Assembly (NCBI GenBank): GCA_013360565.1
Contig: JABWBI010000001.1
Location: 1-57,133, forward strand
Origin: Candidatus Sumerlaeia bacterium
Lineage (GTDB): Bacteria > Sumerlaeota > Sumerlaeia > JABWBI01
Direction of reading: 5' to 3'
DNA length: 57,133 nt
The notes beneath the pieces were generated by a model, which saw only the letters and a program-made list of their open reading frames with translations, ran no database searches and was not told where the DNA came from. The position numbers were made by a program, and so were the translations under genes. Each line of letters begins with the position of its first letter. Positions within the stretch are counted from its first letter, which is position 1. Positions 16,766 through 26,487 of the stretch are shown piece after piece.

Positions 16766-18070
16766 TCACATCCGGCGGTGGATCAGCGGCGAGACCCCGG
16801 GGCGGGCGTCCCCAATGACAATCGCTGGCAAGAGGACCGCCTGACACCGCTCCAGAGTGCCGTCACCCTCTCGATGGTGAATCTCCAGCAGCTCATCCCC
16901 CTCCGCGACCTGATCTCCCAGACGGACCCGCATCACCAGTCCCACGCGGTGGTCCACAGCGTCGGCGCTCTTCTCGCGACCAGCCCCCAGAATGTTCGAC
17001 GCCCGGCCGATCTCCGCCGTGTCAAGGCGCGACACGTATCCGGCGGTGCTCGCGCGGAGCACCGTGACCTGCGGAGCCTTCGCCATCAAACCAGGATCAT
17101 CGGCCACGCGCGGGTCGCCCCCCTGATGGCGGACCATCTGGCGGAACTTTTCCAGTGCCTGGCCGCCATCGAGCAGGCGCGTGAGAGTCGCCCGTGCCTC
17201 CTCAGGCGACTTCGCCTTCTCCCCGAGGACGAGCATCTCCGCCCCGAGCATGAGCGTGATCTCGCGCAGGTCCGCCGGTCCGCCACCTCGCAGGCACTCG
17301 ATTGCCTCCGCGGTCTCGAGGGCATTGCCAATGGCGCGCCCCAGAGGCTGATTCATGTCCGTCAGGAGGGCCACGACGGGCTTTCCCATGGCTCGCCCGG
17401 TGGCGATCAGGCTCTCGGCCAGCGCGGCGGCATCTCCGTCCGTCTTCATGAACGCACCGTTGCCGCTCTTGACGTCCATCACCAGGGCATCGGCGCCCGA
17501 GGCGAGCTTCTTCGACATGATCGAGGCCGTGATCAGGGGGATGGACTCGACGCAGGCGACGACGTCGCGCAGGGCATACAGGCGCTTGTCCGCGGGGACG
17601 AAGTTGTCCGTCTGCCCAATGATCGCACAGCCGACCTCGGCGACCTGGCGGCGGAACTCCGCCTCTGTCCGAAACACATCGAAGCCGGGAATCGCCTCGA
17701 GCTTGTCCAGCGTGCCGCCCGAGTGGCCGAGGCCCCGTCCGCTGACCATCGGCACGGGCACGCCGGCCGCCGCCACGAGGGGTGCAAGCGCGAGGGAGAC
17801 CTTGTCGCCGACACCCCCGGTCGAGTGCTTGTCGACCTTGATGCCCGGCACAGAACCGAGATCGAACACGTCACCACTCACGCGCATGCGCTCGGTGAGC
17901 ACCGCAGTCTCCTCGGGCCGCATCCCGCGGAGGTAAATCGCCATCAGCCAGGCGGCGGTCTGATAGTCGGGGACGCTCCCCGCGACGGTGCCGTCGACCA
18001 TGAACTCGATCTCGGCCGGAGTGAGCGTGTGGCCGTCCCGCTTTCGCGCGATGATGTCCACGGCCCTCAT
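16766..18070 (-). CDS. deoA: Thymidine / pyrimidine-nucleoside phosphorylase
   Basis: MRAVDIIARKRDG..LT..EI, PDYQTAAWLMAIYLRGM, KHSTGGVGDKVSL, SGRGLGHSGGTLDKLE. 434 aa with full-length colinearity. Confidence 0.92.
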   Translation of the reverse strand: MRAVDIIARKRDGHTLTPAEIEFMVDGTVAGSVPDYQTAAWLMAIYLRGMRPEETAVLTERMRVSGDVFDLGSVPGIKVDKHSTGGVGDKVSLALAPLVAAAGVPVPMVSGRGLGHSGGTLDKLEAIPGFDVFRTEAEFRRQVAEVGCAIIGQTDNFVPADKRLYALRDVVACVESIPLITASIMSKKLASGADALVMDVKSGNGAFMKTDGDAAALAESLIATGRAMGKPVVALLTDMNQPLGRAIGNALETAEAIECLRGGGPADLREITLMLGAEMLVLGEKAKSPEEARATLTRLLDGGQALEKFRQMVRHQGGDPRVADDPGLMAKAPQVTVLRASTAGYVSRLDTAEIGRASNILGAGREKSADAVDHRVGLVMRVRLGDQVAEGDELLEIHHREGDGTLERCQAVLLPAIVIGDARPGVSPLIHRRM

Positions 18071-18903
18071 CAGCTCAGTCTCCGCAGGATTCCGGCGATC
18101 AGGCTGCCGAAACGGGTCTCGACCTTCCGGGCATTCTCCAGCACCTCGTCGTGCGTCACGGTCCCGCCGGCCTCGTCACCCACCAGCATGTTCGAGACGA
18201 AGGTGATCCCCAGCACCTCGAGGCCCGCGTGGACTGCGGTGATGACCTCCGGCACGGTGGACATGCCGACAGCATCGGCACCGAAGGCCCGCAGCATCTC
18301 ACGCTCCGCGACTGTCTCGTACGCCGGTCCCGTGCCCGCGAGATAGACCCCCTCGCGCAGCGGGAGGCCCTGCTCCAAGGCCACGTCACGGGCCACCCGC
18401 TGGAGGCGACGGCTGTAAGGCTCGCTCATGTCGGGCCAGCGCGGCCCCAGCTCATCGAGATTCGGCCCGCGCAGCGGATTCTCGAACTGCCAGTTGATGT
18501 GGTCCGTGATGAGCATGAGGTCACCGACCCGAAACGCGCGATTCACGCCGCCGGCGGCGTTCGAGAGGATCAACGTCTTGACGCCGAGGCGCGCGAGGAC
18601 GCGGACCGGCATCACCGTGCGGTCGACCGGGTGGCCCTCGTAGACGTGCTTGCGCCCCGCGAGGAGCAACACCGGCACGCCGTCGCTCTCGGCGAGGATC
18701 AGTGATCCGCGATGGCCGATGACCGTCGAGGCAATGAAGCCCGGGATCTCGCCGAACGGGATCTCGGCAAGGTGCTTGACCTGATGGACGAAACCGCCGA
18801 GTCCCGAGCCGATTGTCACGGCAACTGCGGGGACTCTGGGCAGGCGCGAGCGGAGAAACGCCGCCGCGGCGTCGATCTCTTGGGGCGTCACGGTCTCGAT
18901 CAT
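18070..18903 (-). CDS. punA: Purine nucleoside phosphorylase (trimeric PNP/MTAP family)
   Basis: ATG at 18903 with GGAGG upstream. Motifs TIGSGLGG, IPGFIASTVIGHRGSLILAE, LLAGRKHVYEGH, NAAGGVN, GMSTVPEV. The stop shares one base with the deoA start (TGATG at 18068-18072). Confidence 0.9.
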   Translation of the reverse strand: MIETVTPQEIDAAAAFLRSRLPRVPAVAVTIGSGLGGFVHQVKHLAEIPFGEIPGFIASTVIGHRGSLILAESDGVPVLLLAGRKHVYEGHPVDRTVMPVRVLARLGVKTLILSNAAGGVNRAFRVGDLMLITDHINWQFENPLRGPNLDELGPRWPDMSEPYSRRLQRVARDVALEQGLPLREGVYLAGTGPAYETVAEREMLRAFGADAVGMSTVPEVITAVHAGLEVLGITFVSNMLVGDEAGGTVTHDEVLENARKVETRFGSLIAGILRRLS

Positions 18904-18974
18904 CGGGTCCTCCCGCTCACTGGAGGGCGAGAGCATAGCGGGCGCGGGCCGGATGCCAAGGGGGAAATGCCTGC

Positions 18975-20951
18975 TCAGGGCTGTGGCGTCAGCGCGGTGG
19001 CCGCCCCCGAATCCATGTCCCGCGCCCAGACGCTGTGTCCGGGCACACGGGCTTCGCCGTTCGTCCACTCGTCGCTGCCGAAGTTGGCGATGACCTCGAT
19101 GCGCTCGCCGAACTGGGTGCGCTGGACGAGGCGATCCGCTGTCAACCAATCAAACTCGGTGAGGGGCAAGAGACCGGTGATGCGATGGAGAGGGGACCAG
19201 AACTCGTATCGCGCCACGATCTGATCGCGCAGGCGGCGCCACTCGCGCAGGTTGAGGTGGTAGAGCGGCGGCACCTGGTAGAGCGCCTCGAGGAGTGCGT
19301 TCGTCACCACTTGGTCTGAGAACTTGAGACTGCCGGACCTCCAGTGGTGCGTGGCGACAACGCTGTCGTGGAACACGGCCTCGTAGAGCGGCAGACGGAA
19401 GCGCGGATCGAAGTGGAACTTCTCATAGCCCGGTGCGAGCGGCACCGGCTGCATGAAGACGCGCGGGCCATCGGGGGGATGGTACTGGCCGAGGTAATAC
19501 GGCGAATCGCGTCCGGTCAGGCGCGGATCACCCCAGCCGATGACGGGGGTCATCATGCCGTGGGCGAGGTGGATGACCGGCGTGGCATAGGCCGAGCCAC
19601 CCTCGGATCCGATGACGAGGCCGAACGTGTCGCGGATCCATGCCATGCGGCCGAGGCGCGCCTCCATGTCACCGCGCATCGTTGCCGGGTGCAGGGGATG
19701 GAAGTCGTCGAAGAGCTCTCCGAACGCATCACAGTCCATGAACCAGGAGCTGAATGGCACGCGGGCCATGATCTCGCGGACGCGCCGCTCGACGTGGGGC
19801 CGCGCGGCGAGCGGGCTGAGGTGCCGCCCTCGGCCGCGGAAGCCCGTGCTGTATGAGCCGTCGGCGTTCATCACGCCGCCCGTCTCCCACAGATGCTCGT
19901 CGAACTGCGCCGTCGGCCACGTCTGATCCGGTGGCGTGCCGGGGCTGTGGATGCTGTGATACGAGTCGTAAGTCGCCATCAGGTGGCCGATCTCGCCGGC
20001 GTGCGCGGCGACATGGGGGCGACGCATGGCTCCTTCCCACCCGGGCAGACCGAGCCAGAGGCGGTCGAGACCAGCCTCCTGGAACGCGTCGAGCATCTTC
20101 GTCGAGTAGCCATCGCCCCAGGTGGCGGGATCGCCGAGCAGGTCGGGGAACTCGGCGCGGAAGACCTCGGGGCTGACGCCCTGTTCGGCGAGGACGCGGG
20201 AGAGCTCCTGAGCCACGAGGCCCGTGTTGTATCTGTCGGGCCACTCGGCCGCAGGCAACTGCACGGCGGCTTGGCGGGCCTCGTCGTTCATCAGCGAGAA
20301 CACGCGCCCTGCGAGCGAATCGCTCTCCGCCGAGGCGAGGCGCGACGCGAACGCGCGCCAGTCTGAGACGTCCTCGCGCGCCAGGAGGTCATCGCCCCAG
20401 AGATAGACGTGCGCTGCGCCGAGGAGGCGCTCCGCGCGGGGCGTGCGTGCGATCTTGTCGCGCATGGAGATGAACTCCCCGCGGCCGATGAGCCACCGGC
20501 GGTAGGCGCGCGGGGGCGCGAGGACATCCTCGCTGCCGAGAATCGCCGTCACGGTGTATTCTTCGCCGGACGCGGTGAACGTGTGGGTCATGCGCGCGGT
20601 GAGGCGCCCCTCCTCGCTCGCGAAGGTGAGTGCGTTGTGAAACGGGTTCTCGAGGATGTAGGTGACAGTGAACCCTTCGCCCTGCATCGCGAACCAGGGC
20701 ATCGAGAGGCCCTCGGTCGTGTTCAGCGGGCTCCCGTTCACGAGGTGCTCGATCCACTCAGGGTCGTCGGCAGGGACATAGGAACCCCCGTGGAGGGGAA
20801 GAATCCAGGCGGTGATCTCGGGACTCGCGCCAATCACTGGCCAGGAGACCGTTCCAGACGAGGCGGGCCCAAAAGTGACTCGCTGATCCGCCACAGCTGT
20901 TGCCGGCCCCAGAAGAAGCGTGAAGGCGGCAAGCGCTCTGCCTCTGGTCAT
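18975..20951 (-). CDS. Secreted 658-aa protein of unknown function, possibly carbohydrate-active
   Basis: Signal peptide MTRGRALAAFTLLLGPATAVA. It is the only long low-junk frame here, and is rich in W/Y/H/D/E blocks (WFMDCDAFGELFDDFHPLHP, GLVIGSEGGSAYATPVIHLAHGMM, LPLYEAVFHDSVVATHHW) suggesting a glycoside-hydrolase-like fold. No family assigned. Confidence 0.7.
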   Translation of the reverse strand: MTRGRALAAFTLLLGPATAVADQRVTFGPASSGTVSWPVIGASPEITAWILPLHGGSYVPADDPEWIEHLVNGSPLNTTEGLSMPWFAMQGEGFTVTYILENPFHNALTFASEEGRLTARMTHTFTASGEEYTVTAILGSEDVLAPPRAYRRWLIGRGEFISMRDKIARTPRAERLLGAAHVYLWGDDLLAREDVSDWRAFASRLASAESDSLAGRVFSLMNDEARQAAVQLPAAEWPDRYNTGLVAQELSRVLAEQGVSPEVFRAEFPDLLGDPATWGDGYSTKMLDAFQEAGLDRLWLGLPGWEGAMRRPHVAAHAGEIGHLMATYDSYHSIHSPGTPPDQTWPTAQFDEHLWETGGVMNADGSYSTGFRGRGRHLSPLAARPHVERRVREIMARVPFSSWFMDCDAFGELFDDFHPLHPATMRGDMEARLGRMAWIRDTFGLVIGSEGGSAYATPVIHLAHGMMTPVIGWGDPRLTGRDSPYYLGQYHPPDGPRVFMQPVPLAPGYEKFHFDPRFRLPLYEAVFHDSVVATHHWRSGSLKFSDQVVTNALLEALYQVPPLYHLNLREWRRLRDQIVARYEFWSPLHRITGLLPLTEFDWLTADRLVQRTQFGERIEVIANFGSDEWTNGEARVPGHSVWARDMDSGAATALTPQP

Positions 20952-20972
20952 GAGAAGTCCATCCTCCGCGAT

Positions 20973-22157
20973 TCAGGACCTCATCTCTGCCAAGAAAGAT
21001 CGCCCGCTCTCGACGCCATCCCGCCCGGCACCGACGTGCTCGAGCACCGTCTGGGCGAGGTCGGCGAAGGTCTCGCGCGTGCCGAGGTCGACGCCGGCCC
21101 GAAGACCAGGCCCCAGCGCCAGGATCGGCACCTGCTCGCGGGTGTGATCCGAGCCGGGATGAGTCGGGTCATTGCCGTGGTCGGCGGTGAGGATGACGAG
21201 ATCACCCTCGCGCAGCGCAGCGATCAGCGACGGCAGCCAAGCGTCGAACTCCTGCAGCGCGTCACGGTAGCCCCTGGGGTCGCGGCGATGGCCGTACACC
21301 GCGTCGAAATCGACGAGATTTGTCATGATGAGACCGCGGCGCTGCGCGCCCTTGACCGCGGCGAGTGTCTTCTCCATCCCGTCGGCGTTGCTCTCCGTGT
21401 GGATCTCCTGCGTCGTGCCGCGGTGCTCGTAGATGTCGCCGATCTTGCCGATGGCGACGACCTCTCCCCCGCTCTCCCTGATCGCATCGAGCATCGTCGG
21501 CCCCGGCGCGGGGATCGAGAAGTCGTGGCGGTTGGCCGTGCGCCTGTAGTTGCCGTTGCCCGTGCCGATGAAGGGCCGCGCGATGACGCGCGCGACCTCG
21601 TGCTCGCCGGTGAGCATCGCGCGGGCGGCGCGGCAGAGGCGATAGAGCTCCCCGGGCGGATAGACCTCCTCGTGGCAGGCGATCTGAAAGACCGAGTCGG
21701 CCGAGGTGTAGACGATGGGCCTCCTGGTGCGCACGTGCTCGTCGCCGTACTCATTGATGACGACGGTGCCGGAGTGAGGCCTGTTGCAGAGCACGCCGGG
21801 GACTCCGGTGTCGTGCACGAAGCGGTCAAGCAGCTCCTGGGGGAAGCCGTGGGGATAGTAGGGCCAGTCGGTCGTCTTGATGATGCCGGCGATCTCCCAG
21901 TGGCCGGTCGTCGTGTCCTTGCCGGCGGAGACCTCGCGCGCGCGCCCGAAGCAGGCTCTGGGGGCCCCCGCCGGCGGCACTGTCGCGAGCGGCACGATGT
22001 TGCCCAGCCCGAGTGTGGCGAGGTTGGGCACGGTCAGGCCCACGCGCTCGCTGATGTGTCCCAGGGTGTTCGCCCCCTCGTCCCCGAACCGGGCGGCGTC
22101 GGGCGCGCCGCCGCATCCCACGGAGTCGAGAACGATCACGATCGCGCGCTGCGGCAT
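20973..22157 (-). CDS. deoB: Phosphopentomutase
   Basis: Motifs IVIVLDSVGCGGAPDAARFGDEGANTLGHI, GKDTTTGHWE, TADHGNDPT. 394 aa. Confidence 0.93.
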   Translation of the reverse strand: MPQRAIVIVLDSVGCGGAPDAARFGDEGANTLGHISERVGLTVPNLATLGLGNIVPLATVPPAGAPRACFGRAREVSAGKDTTTGHWEIAGIIKTTDWPYYPHGFPQELLDRFVHDTGVPGVLCNRPHSGTVVINEYGDEHVRTRRPIVYTSADSVFQIACHEEVYPPGELYRLCRAARAMLTGEHEVARVIARPFIGTGNGNYRRTANRHDFSIPAPGPTMLDAIRESGGEVVAIGKIGDIYEHRGTTQEIHTESNADGMEKTLAAVKGAQRRGLIMTNLVDFDAVYGHRRDPRGYRDALQEFDAWLPSLIAALREGDLVILTADHGNDPTHPGSDHTREQVPILALGPGLRAGVDLGTRETFADLAQTVLEHVGAGRDGVESGRSFLAEMRS

Positions 22158-22287
22158 GGGCCGGTCTCCCTCGGTTCAGAGTCAACCGGTCACCCAAGCG
22201 CCTCCGGCTCTGAGGGGGCAAGAGATTTTAGGCGCCCCCGGGGCTGCGACAATCGCACAAGTGCAATGTCCCGCCGCAGACTTGCGG

Positions 22288-22731
22288 TCAGAGATTCCGG
22301 CGGCGCGACGACGTGTCCTCGGCCACGATGTTGGTGATGTCGTCCTCTCCGCCGCGGTCGTCGACACCGTTCGGGCCCATCGAGTAGAGGTCGAAGTGGC
22401 GCCCCCCGATCTCGGGAGGGAAATTGTAGATCAGCGGATGTCCCCAGGCGTCTTCGGGCATCCGGTCTAGGAACTCCGGCGTCTCCATGTTCCGGTCCTC
22501 GGGCGGCGGCGGGTTGACGAGCTCCTGGAGGTCGCGGGGATAGTGGCCGTAGTGAATCTCGAACTGATCGATGGCCAGCTCGGTCGAGCGAATCGCCAGC
22601 CGGGCCGCGTTGATGCGGGCCTGGCGGGAGCTGCTGCCGAACCGCGGGACGACGATCGAGACCAGGATGCCGATGATCAGGACCACGAGCATGATCTCGA
22701 GGAAGGTGAAGCCGCGGCGGCGCTGTGACAT
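22288..22731 (-). CDS. gspG: Type II secretion major pseudopilin GspG-like
   Basis: ATG at 22731. Prepilin leader and methylation motif MSQRRRGFTFLEIMLVVLIIGILVSIVVPRF. C-terminal DAWGHPLIYNFP....HFDLYSMGPNGVDDRGGEDDITN matches GspG. Confidence 0.85.
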   Translation of the reverse strand: MSQRRRGFTFLEIMLVVLIIGILVSIVVPRFGSSSRQARINAARLAIRSTELAIDQFEIHYGHYPRDLQELVNPPPPEDRNMETPEFLDRMPEDAWGHPLIYNFPPEIGGRHFDLYSMGPNGVDDRGGEDDITNIVAEDTSSRRRNL

Positions 22732-22931
22732 CGTTCGGTGAACCTCGGAGTTGGAGCTCGGGCTCCCACCGGAGCCAGAACGGATCATACCAAATTCCGC
22801 GCCAAGTCGTTCAAGCTTTTCCCCCGCAAGGTTTCGCTCGACTTCGCATCTTCTCCGCCTCACCGTCTTCTCCATGTCATATCCTGGGACGCGGGAAGAC
22901 CCGATCCACGCTTCCCGGGGAGGAATCTGCC

Positions 22932-24665
22932 GTGCCTGGTCTGCGCCACGCCGCTCTCGTGCTCGCCGCGCTCTGCTCGACCGCGGCGCCCGCTCAACCG
23001 GGATTCACCTTCGCCCAAGTCAATGCTGAGGCGGCGGCTCGCGCGGGCACCGAGCGCAGTCTCTCGACCCATCTCCTGCGGGCCCGTGAAGCGGCGCGGC
23101 GCGGGCTGGTCCACCCCCGCCACGTCACGCGGGATTCCGGCGGCCGGTTCCAGGTCGCGATCCGGACCGATTTCGCCGGTGCCGACTTGAGCGAGGGGCT
23201 CCGCGCAGCCGGTGCTGCCGTCACATTTCAAGAGATGGGCAGCGGGTATGTCGAGGCCTGGGTCAGCCCCGAGCGGCTCCATGCCGTGGCCAGCGTGCCA
23301 GGGGTCAACTTCCTGCGCCCGATTCTGCCTGCGGTGCCTCGGACGGGTGCCGTTCTCTCGGAGGGAGACGCGTTCCACCAGGCCAATGCGGCCCGCTTCT
23401 ACTTGGACATCGCGGGCGGCGGCGTCAAGGTCGGGCTCATCACCACCGGTGTGCGGGGCTTGGCCGGCGCGCAGGCGTTCGGCGACCTGCCCCTGGTGCT
23501 GGACAACCAGATCCCCACGGGCGTCCCAGCCAACACCGATGGTGACGGAACGGCGCTTCTCGAAATCATGCGCGATGTCGCCCCCGACATCCGGATGGCC
23601 TACGCCGTCGCCATCACGCCGGGCAACTACATGCAGTGTCTCACAAACCTGCGCAACGCGGGGTGCGACATCATCGTCGACCACCTCGGATTCTACGCGG
23701 AGCCCTTCTTCGAGGATGGGATGCTGGCACAGGCCCTCGACCAGGCGGCGGCCGACGGTTTTCACGTGGTCTCCGCCGCCGGCAATGATGGCCAGAACCA
23801 CTGGGAGGGGCCCTATGTCGACGTCGATCCCCTGACGGGCGTGGGAGTCTCAGACGACTTCCATGCGTTCGCACCCAATGACCCCTATCTCGCCATCACG
23901 ATCCGCCCTCAGACGGTCTGCACGGTCGTCCTGCAGTGGAGCGACCCCTTCGGTGCCTCCGCAACCGACTACAATCTCTATCTCTACGATGGTCCGGTTC
24001 AGAACCTTCTCGACTCGTCTCTGGACATTCAGGACGGCAACGACGACCCCTTCGAGTTCGTCCAGTTCTACAACACAACGAACGCTGATCAGCTGGGACA
24101 GATCGCCATCGACAAAGTCAATCCCCTCCAGCCCGATCGCCGCCTCGAGTTCTTTGTCATCGGCAGCCCGCTGAGCGGAGAGGTCAGCATCGGAAGCGTG
24201 ACCATCGACGAGCCTGCAGTTCCCGCCGGCTCGATCATCGGCCAGGCGGCCGCCAGGAGCGCCATCACCGTGGCCGCCCTCGACGTGACGGCCCCGCCCA
24301 TGAATGTCATCGAACCCTTCAGCTCGCGCGGGCCCAGTGTCATCGAGCACGCCTCGGCGGAGACACGGCTCAAGCCCAACGTGTCGGCCGCGGACCGCGT
24401 GTCCATCACGACCGGCTCGGGCGAACCCATCCCCTTCCTCGGCACCTCGGCGGCAGCGGCTCACACGGTGGGAATCATGGCTCTTCTTCTCGAACTCAAT
24501 CCCGCGCTTGACCCGCAGGAGATGAAGGACACGCTCGAGGCAAGCTGCTACGACATCCTCTTGCCCGGCTACGACACCACCTCGGGGGCGGGCCGGCTCG
24601 ACGCGCTGCTCGCCATTCTCAGCGTCCCGCTCTCCGGCGCCGAGGACTGGACGATGTACCGCTGA
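22932..24665 (+). CDS. Secreted subtilase (S8)-fold protein with I9-like propeptide and non-canonical catalytic positions
   Basis: GTG at 22932 with GGGGAGGAA upstream, followed by a signal peptide. S8 blocks are recognisable: GVKVGLITTGV (D-T/S-G block), GDGTALLEI...VAPD (H-G-T block), VVSAAGNDG, FSSRGP, GTSAAAAHTVG (Ser block). Confidence 0.8.
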   Translation: MPGLRHAALVLAALCSTAAPAQPGFTFAQVNAEAAARAGTERSLSTHLLRAREAARRGLVHPRHVTRDSGGRFQVAIRTDFAGADLSEGLRAAGAAVTFQEMGSGYVEAWVSPERLHAVASVPGVNFLRPILPAVPRTGAVLSEGDAFHQANAARFYLDIAGGGVKVGLITTGVRGLAGAQAFGDLPLVLDNQIPTGVPANTDGDGTALLEIMRDVAPDIRMAYAVAITPGNYMQCLTNLRNAGCDIIVDHLGFYAEPFFEDGMLAQALDQAAADGFHVVSAAGNDGQNHWEGPYVDVDPLTGVGVSDDFHAFAPNDPYLAITIRPQTVCTVVLQWSDPFGASATDYNLYLYDGPVQNLLDSSLDIQDGNDDPFEFVQFYNTTNADQLGQIAIDKVNPLQPDRRLEFFVIGSPLSGEVSIGSVTIDEPAVPAGSIIGQAAARSAITVAALDVTAPPMNVIEPFSSRGPSVIEHASAETRLKPNVSAADRVSITTGSGEPIPFLGTSAAAAHTVGIMALLLELNPALDPQEMKDTLEASCYDILLPGYDTTSGAGRLDALLAILSVPLSGAEDWTMYR

Positions 24666-24741
24666 AGTCCGTCCATCGTGCGTTGACAGCGTCTCGCCGG
24701 CGGTGCTCGAATCCCGGCCGACGCCGTGCGGGCGTCCCCTG

Positions 24742-26487
24742 ATGCCCTCTGCACTCCCCCGACCACTCTTCTCCCTTGCGCTGGCACTGCTCGCCGCGGC
24801 GGCGGTGCCGATCAGCATCATCGCCTTCAACTGGGGGGGCGAGGACTGCTACATCACCTATCGCTATGCACGGAATCTCGCCGAGGGTCACGGGATCGTC
24901 TTCAACACGACGGATGAGACGGCGGATGACCGCGTCGAGGGCTACTCCAATCCGACGCTCATTCTCCTTCTCGCCCTCATTCACCGTCTCGGGGGCGACA
25001 TCCCCAGTGCCTCGCGCTGGATCGCCACCATCGCCGCCGCAATGACGGTCTGGCTGCTCGGGCGCTTCGGCTCGGCGTGGAGCGACGAGCGCCGCCCATG
25101 CGCGGGCGACCTGATCGCCCCCGCTCTGTACGCCTTGCACCCCCTCGTCCACTACCAGGCAGGGCGCGCGCTCGAGACCACCCTGTACGCCATGCTCATC
25201 ACCCTCGCCGCGCTCTGGTGGGTGCGTGGCTGGACCGTGGCGACGTCCGTGGTCCTGGCTCTCGTGGCCGCCTCGCGACCGGAGGGCTTCACATTCATCG
25301 CCCCCTTCCTGGCGGTCTGGGCCGCGCTGATGATCTTTCCCGTGCTGAGAGCCAGCGACCTCGAGCCCACTCCGCTCTCGTCTGGGGTGGGCCTGGGGGG
25401 GCTCGTCAAACTCGTCTTGCCGTGGGCCCTTCTGGTCGCCGGGCTGTTCCTCTGGCGCCGATCCTACTACGGCCAGTGGATGCCCAACGCCGTCCATCTC
25501 AAGGCGGGCCCCAGCAACCCCTCGGCACTGCCCGAAGTCCGCGACTTCATCATTGCCTGGAGCTTCCTGCCCCTCCTGATCCCCTTTGCGTACTCCGGAC
25601 TCACCTCCGCCCCCCCCCGCCTCCGGCGCGGCCTGATCATCGTGGCGCTGCTGATGCTCCACCAGCTGGCATTCATCCTCGCCGTCGGCCGCGTACCGGC
25701 AGAGCCCAACCGCCACTTCATCCCCATCGTCCCCTTCGCCTGCCTGTGCATCGCCCGCACCGCAGTGATCGCCTCACGTGCCTTCCCAGGTCGCCTCATC
25801 CGTGCTTTTGGCCTCGCCGCCCTGCTCGGGCTCAATCTCTTCACGGTGAACAATGGGGATGGATCCCGGACAAGGCTCCATGTCCGGCTCAAGGAGTTTC
25901 TCCGCAACTACGGCGGCGGCTGGAACAGCCCGGTCGCCCAGTGGCGCTTTCACTGGGAGTGGTTCCACCATCCCGAGATTCGCATCGACAGTGAGGCCGG
26001 CCGCTGGGTCGATGCCCACCTGCCGCCCGGGGCACTGATCGCCGCTGATCAGATGGGCCAGTTCGCCTATCACTGTCGCCAGCCCATGCTCGACATGTTC
26101 GGTCTCATGGACGAACACATCGCCCGTGCCGGCCTTGATGTCGGCTACATCTTGGCCCACAGCCCGGATTTCGTGGTCTTCATGTACCAGCTCTACCCTC
26201 CGGTCGGTTACACCCCCTACCAGCAGCCGCTCCGGGACGACGCGAGATTCCAGGCCTCGTACCGGCCGCGCTGGCGCTTGCGGCAGAACCTCCCCACCCC
26301 CTATGCCCCCTATGAATTCCACGTCTGGGTGCGGCACGACCTCGACGACGGAGCCCCGTTCGAGTGGGTCGTCCTCCCGGGCACGGTCGAGGCGGCCGAC
26401 CACTGGTGGCGCGCCCGCGACTTCCCTGTGAACTGGCTCCAGAAAGCCGACACTGCAATTCAATCCTCCAAGGCGACTCGCCGATAA
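24742..26487 (+). CDS. GT-C-fold polytopic membrane glycosyltransferase (ArnT/PMT/arabinofuranosyltransferase-like)
   Basis: ATG at 24742. At least 10 TM segments are followed by a soluble C-terminal domain. The first-loop acidic motif GGEDCYITYRYARNLAEGHGIVFN...RVEGYSNPT resembles the D/E-x-D/E loop of polyprenyl-phosphate-sugar dependent GT-C enzymes. Confidence 0.7.
   Translation: MPSALPRPLFSLALALLAAAAVPISIIAFNWGGEDCYITYRYARNLAEGHGIVFNTTDETADDRVEGYSNPTLILLLALIHRLGGDIPSASRWIATIAAAMTVWLLGRFGSAWSDERRPCAGDLIAPALYALHPLVHYQAGRALETTLYAMLITLAALWWVRGWTVATSVVLALVAASRPEGFTFIAPFLAVWAALMIFPVLRASDLEPTPLSSGVGLGGLVKLVLPWALLVAGLFLWRRSYYGQWMPNAVHLKAGPSNPSALPEVRDFIIAWSFLPLLIPFAYSGLTSAPPRLRRGLIIVALLMLHQLAFILAVGRVPAEPNRHFIPIVPFACLCIARTAVIASRAFPGRLIRAFGLAALLGLNLFTVNNGDGSRTRLHVRLKEFLRNYGGGWNSPVAQWRFHWEWFHHPEIRIDSEAGRWVDAHLPPGALIAADQMGQFAYHCRQPMLDMFGLMDEHIARAGLDVGYILAHSPDFVVFMYQLYPPVGYTPYQQPLRDDARFQASYRPRWRLRQNLPTPYAPYEFHVWVRHDLDDGAPFEWVVLPGTVEAADHWWRARDFPVNWLQKADTAIQSSKATRR

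Noticed and set aside
16778-18346. 522-aa plus-strand ORF
   Set aside because: It is antisense to deoA and PNP, with no motifs and a biased composition.
20409-22337. 642-aa plus-strand ORF
   Set aside because: It is antisense to deoB and to the 658-aa secreted protein gene. It is a shadow ORF.
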